The notes under the pieces: model-generated | What the model saw: the letters and a program-made list of their open reading frames with translations, nothing else | Told to the model about the DNA's origin: nothing | Database searches by the model: none | Assembly (NCBI GenBank): GCA_031416315.1 | Contig: JANOTL010000167.1 | Location: 1 to 21,535, forward strand | Reading direction: 5' to 3' | Length of the DNA: 21,535 nt | DNA from: Pseudomonadota bacterium | Lineage (GTDB): Bacteria; Bdellovibrionota_B; Oligoflexia; Oligoflexales; CAIYRB01 | Shown: positions 1 through 6,361 of the stretch, in pieces | How the letters are laid out: each line of letters begins with the position of its first letter | Position numbering within the stretch: position 1 is the first letter of the stretch | Program-made: the position numbers and the translations under genes

Positions 1-36
1 CTCGGCGATAACCAACTGATTCGATCGACGCGGTGA
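1..36 (+). CDS. Possible 3' end of an upstream gene (…LGDNQLIRSTR*)
   Basis: Frame 1 is open from the window edge to TGA at 34-36 and is followed by hairpins; too short to verify. Confidence 0.3.
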   Translation, partial: LGDNQLIRSTR

Positions 37-59
37 GATCCTTCGCTGCGCTCAGGATA
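35..59. repeat. REP-like intergenic repeat unit GAGATCCTTCGCTGCGCTCAGGAT
   Basis: ATCCT(38-42)…AGGAT(54-58) arms around TCGCTGCGCTC. Resembles the widespread GATCCTTCGCTNCGCTCAGGATGAC extragenic repeat, recognised from memory. Single copy here. Confidence 0.55.
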
Positions 60-88
60 GTCTCTGGCGCGTTTCGCGCCAGAGACTA
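58..88. terminator. Perfect 14-bp hairpin just downstream of the M48 gene stop
   Basis: TAGTCTCTGGCGCG-TTT-CGCGCCAGAGACTA, 11 nt from the stop at 100-102. No U-tract on either strand. Confidence 0.5.
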
Positions 89-99
89 ACTAGCTGTAT

Positions 100-1593
100 T
101 CATTCAGCGTCATCTTCGTCGCCGGCATCCTCGCCGGCGTCCGATAGGACATGGTCGACGAACTCGGGTCGGATGTTGAGGCTCGAGCTGATGCCGTAAA
201 GGACGTTGAGCTCGGCGTCGTCGATCGAGCCGTCGGCGCCGGCGACGATCGTCAGGTCCTTGATTACATTGAGCTTGGACACGACTGGAAGCATCACGTT
301 GAGCTTCTCGGCCAGGCCCATGATGGTCTGTTGCATCTCGGGAAAGCCGACGCCCTTCATGGATTCGAGGCGCTCGGCGACGATTTTCGGATCGAGGAGG
401 GAGCCCAGGGCCGCCAGCTCGGTATCTTCGACGACGCCGTTCGCCGCCGCGATCATGTAGCCGCCCGAGAAGACGAAGTCGCGCATCAAGGACGCGAGCT
501 CGCCGCTCTCGGAGAGGTACGAGGGCTCCATCAAGGACATGACCTTCTTGATCTCGAACTCGAGCTGCTCCTCAGAGAGCTCCGCGTGGCCCTCGCGTCC
601 GACGAGCTTCAGGTAGGTCTCGCTGCGGTGGAACATGTCGAGAGCCTTGAGGCGCATCGGGCTAAAGGGATGCGTCGAGTACCAGTCTTCGGGGTCGACC
701 TCCTGCTGCGCGATCTCGCTCTCGAGATCCGCGAACTGCGCGATGTACTCCTTGAGCTGAAAGGAGAGGCTCGAGTCGGTGACGCCCGAGGACAGCTTGA
801 AGAAGGCTTGGGCCGCGGCGTCGAAGTTGCGCGCGCAGACGAGGCCGATGCGGTCGGCCGAAAGCTCGGCGTTGCGCTTCCATGCATAGAGCCGCATCGC
901 GTGCAGGGGCGACAGGTGCCCGTTGCCGTGATGCAGCAAGTAGCCGACGGGCAGGCGGTGGTGAGCGTAGAGCGCGTGGCCGATCTCGTGCCCGATGACG
1001 AAAGCGAGCTCGTCGGGGGAGAATTTCTCGAGGAGGGCCGAGGTGACCCCGATGAGGTACTTGCCGTTCACCGGCGGGTAGCAGAAGGCGTTGAAGTCGG
1101 TGTCGGAGCAAACGTAGAGCTCGACGTCGGCACGCAGGCCCAGGTTGGTTCTGCACCGGGTGAGGATTTCATACACTTGCGGGGCGAGCTTGGGCGTCAG
1201 CTTGAGCCCCGACTTCAGGAGGTCCTTGCGTGCGTTGTAGGGCGTCGCCTGCGCCATCAGGCTCGTGTGGAACTCGGCGAAGGGCGCGTCGCCCATCAGC
1301 GCGAGGTAGGCGTCGCGGTCGCCGTCGTAAACCATCGTGTCGAGGCTCACGTCGCAGGCGGACTGGTCGTAAGGGGAGCTCGGTCCCTCGGGCACATCGG
1401 TCTGGGTGACGAGCGTGAGCTGCGGAGCGTCGCTCTGCAGCGCGCGCATCTTGGCGTCGAGCTCGCCCATCAGCTCCTGGACGGCGGCGTTGTCCCCCGC
1501 GGCGTTCGCGGATTTGATCTTCTCGAAATAAGCGGTCTGAAGCGCCATCAGATTGCCGACGACGTCTCCTTGCTGCAATGCGGCCTCAGCCAT
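100..1593 (-). CDS. M48 (Ste24/HtpX-like) zinc metallopeptidase with C-terminal TerB-like domain
   Basis: NAF motif, HEIGH (HExxH), RNAELSADR (third ligand), STHP..MR. C-terminus has two TerB-like motifs: IAAANGVVEDTELAAL and VAGADGSIDDAELNVL. SD GGAGG 7 nt upstream of the ATG. Confidence 0.85.
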   Translation of the reverse strand: MAEAALQQGDVVGNLMALQTAYFEKIKSANAAGDNAAVQELMGELDAKMRALQSDAPQLTLVTQTDVPEGPSSPYDQSACDVSLDTMVYDGDRDAYLALMGDAPFAEFHTSLMAQATPYNARKDLLKSGLKLTPKLAPQVYEILTRCRTNLGLRADVELYVCSDTDFNAFCYPPVNGKYLIGVTSALLEKFSPDELAFVIGHEIGHALYAHHRLPVGYLLHHGNGHLSPLHAMRLYAWKRNAELSADRIGLVCARNFDAAAQAFFKLSSGVTDSSLSFQLKEYIAQFADLESEIAQQEVDPEDWYSTHPFSPMRLKALDMFHRSETYLKLVGREGHAELSEEQLEFEIKKVMSLMEPSYLSESGELASLMRDFVFSGGYMIAAANGVVEDTELAALGSLLDPKIVAERLESMKGVGFPEMQQTIMGLAEKLNVMLPVVSKLNVIKDLTIVAGADGSIDDAELNVLYGISSSLNIRPEFVDHVLSDAGEDAGDEDDAE

Positions 1594-1627
1594 GGGGGTC
1601 CTCCGTGCGTCGATTCACGCCCCCGGT

Positions 1628-1654
1628 TTTTCGGTCGTTTTCCGCCGAAGTTTA
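1628..1654 (-). promoter_or_regulatory. sigma28 (FliA)-like promoter of the M48-TerB gene
   Basis: Minus strand TAAA-N15-ACCGAAAA versus consensus TAAA-N15-GCCGATAA; lies between the upstream terminator and the SD. Confidence 0.55.
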
Positions 1655-1659
1655 GGAAA

Positions 1660-1700
1660 AAACCCAAAAGAGAAAAGCCCGAGGCTCACGCCTCGGGCTT
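1660..1700 (-). terminator. Rho-independent terminator of the large lipoprotein gene
   Basis: 11-bp stem AAGCCCGAGGC/GCCTCGGGCTT (1675-1700), 4-nt loop, followed on the minus strand by a U-rich tract. Confidence 0.85.
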
Positions 1701-1724
1701 CCAGTCGGGTTCGGAGCTTATGGA

Positions 1725-3947
1725 TCAGTTGGTGACGTCGACCGGAACTTCGGAGTTGTATTCCGGCTCGCCGGTGACGACCTGGTCGATGCGGACCCAG
1801 ATCGCGGCCCAGAGGTTCGCGTTCGAATACTTCTCGTCGTACGCGTAGCCGTCGCCGGAGCCGTCGCCGGAGCCGTCGCCGCCTTCGTAGACCGGCGGTT
1901 CGGCTTCGATGTCCTGCGTCAGAGCCATGCTGGAAACGTCTTCGTCGAACGCGGGGGCACCGAGGTCTTCGTCCATGCCCTTGTCGCCGGCGTACTCTTC
2001 GTCATACTGCGGCTTGTCGAAGATCTCGCCGCACTCGTCGTAGTAGCTGGAGCTGGAGAGGACGTAAGCGGCCGACCTGATGACCGTGCCGATGTCGTCG
2101 GTGAGGTAGGACCAGTCGTCACTGTAGGTCGACTCGGAGTAGCAATAGCCGCTCCCCACGAAAGAATCCGCTTCGTTGAGCGCGAAGCCGTCGTCGCCGC
2201 TGCCGACTTCGTCGCCGTCTTCGCGGTAGCCGATGTCCGTGCCGACGTCGTAGACGCCGTCGATCGAGGACTTGCTCGAAGAGTACGAAGCGAGGCTGAA
2301 GTGGCCCGTGGGACCCGCGATGACGTCGAAGTCACCGGCGTGACCTGGGACGTAACCGGCGAACTTGCCGTCGGGATCGTAGCAGCTTTGGCCGCCGCAA
2401 AGGATGGCCAGGTCAGTATAGACGGCGCTGGGCTCGTCGGCTGCGTCCGACTCGCCGTAGCCCGCGGTCACGATCTCGACGCCGGCGCCGACGTCGCAGC
2501 TCGCTTCCAAGCCCGAGCGCATCGCGGCCAGGAAGGCCTTGGACGCGCCCTTCTGGTCGGGCACGAGGGACATCAGGTTTTCGCAAAGGAAGCGATCCGA
2601 CATCGGGCGGCTACCGACTTCGTACCAGCCGGCGGAGTCGACGCAATAGTCGGCCAGGACTTCGGTGCCGTCTTCGGTGTAGCTATACTCGGAGTAGTTG
2701 TAGCCCATGCCGCGCAGGCTCGAGAGAAGCTGCGACGTTAGGTAGCCCTTGAGGATCTCGTCGGCGGGGGCGCCGGCGAGGTCTTCGGCGGTGGCGCCGC
2801 CTTTGAGCAAGACGAGCTCGGCGTCGACGAACGCGGTCAAGCGGGTCTCAAAGGTGGCATTGTCGATTTCGCCGTTGGACGCGACGCCCATCTCGTTGCC
2901 GAGGACGGTCGAGAGGAAAGAGCTGTAGTCGGTCGCCGACACGAGCGCGTCGGAGATGTCATAGATCTCGCCGGGGACGGCGCCGTCGTCGTGCGTCGTC
3001 GAGGTGACGAAGAGCGGGACGAAAGAAGCCTTGCCGGCCTCGTCCGTCGCGAAGCACTGCTGGTACGCCGAGAGGCTGTACTTTTTGACCTGGGTCAGCT
3101 GACCGTCGGTCCAGACCTCGGAGAGGTACCAAGAGTCGGAGAAATAGGGCTCGACGTAATCGTCGCTTGCGGGGGCGGGGATTGCGGACGGATCGTCCTC
3201 GTTGCTGCTAGCGCCGTCTTCGGAGTAGACGACTTCGCCGAACTCGTCGACTTTCGCTTCGCTCGCCTCTTTCTGGGCGATGCCGAACTCGGCGTCGTCG
3301 CCCGCGTCGTAGACGAAGTCGTTGGACGCCATCGGATGGACGCCCCAAGCGCCTTCGAGGTCGCCAACGGCGAACACGTGGGAGGTGTACTCGGCCTCGG
3401 CGCCTTCTTCGATGTCGCCGACGCAGGTCTTGAGGGTCTTGTTCAGCTTGATGTTGAGCTTCAGGTTGCCGGCGGCGAAGGCGCGCTGCGCGGAGCCGGC
3501 TTTCTTGACGGCGGTGAGCGCCGCGTCTTTGCCTTCGAACGTGACCGAGCAGATGGTCTCGCCCTTCAAGCGGACGAAGAAGCCGGAGGGCTCGTTGGCG
3601 AAGCCGGCGAGGTCGCCGGAGTAGGCGCAGTCGGCGCCGACGGAGATGGACGCCGCTTTCGGGTCCTTCTTGTTGAAGGTGACGCCGTAGATTTCGTACC
3701 CGGTGTCACAGGTCTCGGCCAAGCCGAAGCCCAAGGCCAAGGTGCCGGTCATGGTGACGTCGGTCGTGTTCGGCACGACCGGAGCCGGAGCCGGAGCGAC
3801 CGGATTCGGGGTGACCGGATCAGGGGTGGAGGGGGTGGTCGGCTTCGCCTTCGCCGGCTCGCTCTTGTCTTCGCTCTTCATCGCGCAGGCGGTCACCGTA
3901 AGGGTCGCCATTGCGAGCGCTGCAATCTTCTTCGCGCTCCGCTTCAT
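1725..3947 (-). CDS. Large acidic lipoprotein of unknown function (740 aa)
   Basis: Start moved to ATG 3947 (SD GGAGGAG). Signal MKRSAKKIAALAMATLTVTAC ends in a lipobox, then a Pro/Thr linker and an Asp/Glu/Tyr/Ser-rich body. Strong GC3 bias and a downstream terminator. Confidence 0.85.
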   Translation of the reverse strand: MKRSAKKIAALAMATLTVTACAMKSEDKSEPAKAKPTTPSTPDPVTPNPVAPAPAPVVPNTTDVTMTGTLALGFGLAETCDTGYEIYGVTFNKKDPKAASISVGADCAYSGDLAGFANEPSGFFVRLKGETICSVTFEGKDAALTAVKKAGSAQRAFAAGNLKLNIKLNKTLKTCVGDIEEGAEAEYTSHVFAVGDLEGAWGVHPMASNDFVYDAGDDAEFGIAQKEASEAKVDEFGEVVYSEDGASSNEDDPSAIPAPASDDYVEPYFSDSWYLSEVWTDGQLTQVKKYSLSAYQQCFATDEAGKASFVPLFVTSTTHDDGAVPGEIYDISDALVSATDYSSFLSTVLGNEMGVASNGEIDNATFETRLTAFVDAELVLLKGGATAEDLAGAPADEILKGYLTSQLLSSLRGMGYNYSEYSYTEDGTEVLADYCVDSAGWYEVGSRPMSDRFLCENLMSLVPDQKGASKAFLAAMRSGLEASCDVGAGVEIVTAGYGESDAADEPSAVYTDLAILCGGQSCYDPDGKFAGYVPGHAGDFDVIAGPTGHFSLASYSSSKSSIDGVYDVGTDIGYREDGDEVGSGDDGFALNEADSFVGSGYCYSESTYSDDWSYLTDDIGTVIRSAAYVLSSSSYYDECGEIFDKPQYDEEYAGDKGMDEDLGAPAFDEDVSSMALTQDIEAEPPVYEGGDGSGDGSGDGYAYDEKYSNANLWAAIWVRIDQVVTGEPEYNSEVPVDVTN
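1848..1881 (-). repeat. 12-bp tandem repeat encoding GDGS-GDGS-GDG
   Basis: GCCGTCGCCGGA, nearly three copies, inside the lipoprotein C-terminus. Confidence 0.8.
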
Positions 3948-3995
3948 GTCTGCTCCTCCGAATTGTCCGTGGGGATGGGCCAAAATTCGAGATCC

Positions 3996-4023
3996 GCTTC
4001 GGAAGACGCCGGCGATCGCCTTA
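3996..4023 (-). promoter_or_regulatory. sigma28-like promoter of the large lipoprotein gene
   Basis: Minus strand TAAG-N16-TCCGAAGC, about 50 nt upstream of ATG 3947. Confidence 0.4.
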
Positions 4024-4104
4024 CTTAAAAGAAATCTTTGCCGCGAAATCAGCTCCCTCTCGGCGAAACCACCAAGCCGGCCGACGGCAGACGCGGAAAT
4101 GTCA

Positions 4105-4123
4105 CAATTAACTAATTGATTTT
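4105..4123. promoter_or_regulatory. AT-rich protein-binding site: IHF consensus and CAATT-N4-AATTG palindrome
   Basis: Minus strand 4121-4109 AATCAATTAGTTA matches WATCAANNNNTTR. Plus strand CAATT-aact-AATTGATTTT also matches 17231-17249. Confidence 0.5.
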
Positions 4124-4211
4124 ATTCAACTAAGTTTTAGACCTCAAGGGAATCGCCACGGAGACGATGGAAGACCATAGGCAGCCAACGCAGCCCTAGG
4201 AGGTGAGACGC

Positions 4212-4259
4212 ATGACGAAACTGATCGCCCAAGTTCACCAAGCCGGATGCCCACCGTAA
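4212..4259 (+). CDS. 15-aa small ORF MTKLIAQVHQAGCPP
   Basis: SD TAGGAGGTGA (4197-4206) 5 nt before ATG 4212; TAA at 4257-4259. Below the ORF-track cutoff. Confidence 0.4.
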   Translation: MTKLIAQVHQAGCPP

Positions 4260-4412
4260 CGACTTGATCCGAAAGCGTGCAGACCGGGTCGCTAGACACG
4301 GTACGAGTTGCGTCAGGACTGCCTTCGGGCGGAGTGGGCGCGAGGGTCAAATGCATGTGGTACCCAGCCTCGATTTAGAACTCACGAACGAATCCACGCC
4401 TTTCCCACCACG

Positions 4413-4451
4413 GGGGACCCGGTTTGCGCCGGGCTCCCCAACCACTTTTTT
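4413..4451 (+). terminator. Intrinsic terminator-like hairpin
   Basis: GGGGACCCGG-TTTGCG-CCGGG(C)TCCCC, then AACCAC and TTTTTT. The U-tract is offset 6 nt from the stem. Confidence 0.6.
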
Positions 4452-4566
4452 GGGCCCGGGAGGAATCCGCGGTTTCATCCCGCTGTAAACGCTAAGGAAT
4501 ATGGGACAATTGCGGCGCGCGCCCCCTCGCGACGATGGTGTCTCCGGACGCTTTAGAGGAGGTCCT

Positions 4567-4899
4567 ATGCAACGCATCCTGATCGTGGCCCTGACGGCCA
4601 CGGCCGCCGGACAGGCCCTGGCCGGCACCGGCTGGTCCTTCGACGTACGCACCGACCAACCCTTCGAGCCGGGACACAGCTGCGCCGAGCTCGCTTACTT
4701 GGACGAGGCCGAGCTGAAGGAGGCGCTGAGCCCGACCTTCGCGTCGGACTTCAACGCCTTCTGCCGCCCGGAGGAGCCGACGTCCTGTTCGGACTACACC
4801 TCGGCGCTGAAGGGCCAGGGGACGATGGCCGACGGCGAGGACGGGTTTTACTGCAAGTTCGTGCCGGCCAAGACCAAAATCGAGAACAAGAAGCCCTGA
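4567..4899 (+). CDS. Small secreted protein with 4 Cys (110 aa)
   Basis: SD GAGGAGG before ATG 4567; Sec signal MQRILIVALTATAAGQALA (A-x-A); typical codon bias. Confidence 0.8.
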   Translation: MQRILIVALTATAAGQALAGTGWSFDVRTDQPFEPGHSCAELAYLDEAELKEALSPTFASDFNAFCRPEEPTSCSDYTSALKGQGTMADGEDGFYCKFVPAKTKIENKKP

Positions 4900-4902
4900 G
4901 CC

Positions 4903-6234
4903 TTAGAGGAGATTCGCGGCCGTCGTCGCCAGCTCGGAGCGCTCGCCGCGCTTCAAGGTGATGTGCGCCGCGATCTTCTGGTTCCGGAACTTCTCGATGA
5001 CGTACGTGAGGCCGTTGTTCGTGGCGTCGATGTACGGATTGTCGATCTGGTACGGGTCGCCGGTGAGCACGATCTTCGTGCCCTCGCCGGCGCGCGTCAG
5101 GATGGTCTTCACCTCGTGCGGCGTGAGGTTCTGCGCTTCGTCGACGATGAAGAAGATGTTCGGGAGCGAGCGGCCGCGAATGTAGGTCAAGGGCTCGACC
5201 TGCAGCATTCCTTGGTTGATGAGCTCCTGGTAGCTCTTCGACATGCGCTTCTGCCGGCCGTGGAAGCCGCCGCTCAGGAGAAGCTCCAGGTTGTCGAAGA
5301 TCGGCTGCATCCAGGGATTCAGCTTCTCGTCGAGGTCGCCGGGCAAAAAGCCCAGGTCTTTACCCAAGGGGAAGACGGGGCGGGCCACGAGAAGCTTGTG
5401 GTACTCGTCCTCGTCGGTCGTCTTCGACAGGCCGGCGGCGATCGCCATGAGGGTCTTGCCGGTGCCGGCGCCGCCGGAGAGGGTGACCAGCTTGACGTTG
5501 TCGTCGAGGAGCGCCTCCAGAGCGAAGGTCTGCTCGAGGTTCCGCGGGTAGATGCCCCAGACGCCTTCCGAATGCGGGTCGAGCATGCGGATGATCTCGT
5601 CCGCGCCGTCGAACATGCCGTAGACGAACTGGCTGGCGTCGGTCTCGTCCTCCAGGATGACGAACTGGTTGGGCAGGATCTCGATGCCTTCGAGGCGCAG
5701 CTCGCGCTTCGTGTAGAATTGGTTGATCGTCGCCGGCGAGACCTTGAAGGTCGCGATCCCCGTGTAGAGGTGCGAGATGTCGACCTTGTCGGCCTCGAAG
5801 TCCTCGGCCGGAATGCCGAAGGCGTCCGCTTTGATGCGGAGGTTCGTATCCTTGGTGATGATGATGACGTTGCGGCCTTCGCCGAACTGCTTCTGCAGGG
5901 TCAGGGCGATGGCCAGGATGTGGTTGTCCGTGCCGTCGGCCAGGAGCTCCGGGAGGATCTCCATGTTGTGGCCGAGGTAAACGAAGAGGCTCCCCGAGTC
6001 CTCGCGGTCTTGGAAGAGCTTCACACCGGAGGAGAGCGTCCCGTGGACGCGCAGGCGGTCCAGGATGCGCGACACCTCGCGGGCGTTGCGACCGGTCTCG
6101 CTCAGGTCCTTCTTGAAGGTGTCGACCTCCTCGATCACCGAGATCGGGATGACGACGTCGTTGTCCTCGAACTTGAAGATGGACAGCGGGTTGCTCAGCA
6201 GGACGTTCGTGTCGAGAATGAAAACTTTTTTCAT
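4903..6234 (-). CDS. PhoH family protein with N-terminal PIN domain (PhoH2/YlaK type)
   Basis: PIN motifs ILDTNVLL, VIEEVD, DNHIL, ITKDTNLRIKA. PhoH motifs GGAGTGKT, LGFLPGDLDEK, YIRGRS, IVDEAQN, TRAGEGTK, GDPYQID, RSELA. Confidence 0.95.
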   Translation of the reverse strand: MKKVFILDTNVLLSNPLSIFKFEDNDVVIPISVIEEVDTFKKDLSETGRNAREVSRILDRLRVHGTLSSGVKLFQDREDSGSLFVYLGHNMEILPELLADGTDNHILAIALTLQKQFGEGRNVIIITKDTNLRIKADAFGIPAEDFEADKVDISHLYTGIATFKVSPATINQFYTKRELRLEGIEILPNQFVILEDETDASQFVYGMFDGADEIIRMLDPHSEGVWGIYPRNLEQTFALEALLDDNVKLVTLSGGAGTGKTLMAIAAGLSKTTDEDEYHKLLVARPVFPLGKDLGFLPGDLDEKLNPWMQPIFDNLELLLSGGFHGRQKRMSKSYQELINQGMLQVEPLTYIRGRSLPNIFFIVDEAQNLTPHEVKTILTRAGEGTKIVLTGDPYQIDNPYIDATNNGLTYVIEKFRNQKIAAHITLKRGERSELATTAANLL

Positions 6235-6361
6235 GCGACGCCTGAGGTTGTGGACGAGGGGTGAATGTCCTTCCTATCACGCTGTCCGGTTTTTGAATAC
6301 GTGATAATGTGTCGGAAACGTTCCTGAAATGCCGCGACCCCATACGCCCTGAGGGAAGCCG

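Larger units (their letters stand above)
4178..4451 (+). ncRNA. Putative structured RNA or attenuator leader, family unknown
   Basis: No credible long ORF. Nested helices, a C(UUCG)G hairpin at 4319-4332 and a terminal hairpin plus T6. Weak sigma28-like TCAA-N15-GACGATGG at 4144-4170. Confidence 0.5.

Noticed and set aside
151..1848. 565-aa plus-strand ORF, and similar long ORFs at 2991-4028, 4963-6264, 5360-7327, 14948-16093, 15156-16292, 17844-18674, 19360-20199
   Set aside because: Antisense or alternate-frame shadows of motif-supported genes, expected in GC-rich DNA; no recognisable motifs.
4147..4345. Assignment of the structured RNA to c-di-GMP riboswitch, 6S, SRP, hammerhead or CsrB families
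   Set aside because: Only fragmentary resemblance (GNRA-like loops, several GGA, GAAAC); the conserved cores are missing or out of order. Left unassigned pending an Rfam search.
4358..4364. T-box-like TGGTACC
   Set aside because: No stem I AG/GNUG motifs or convincing antiterminator, and the downstream gene is unrelated to amino-acid metabolism.
4380..4445. tmRNA- or tRNA-like ends (…CCCACCA, GGGGGA…TCCCCAACCA)
   Set aside because: No GTTCRA T-loop, no cloverleaf, and no tag frame ending in ALAA-like residues; better explained as a terminator hairpin.
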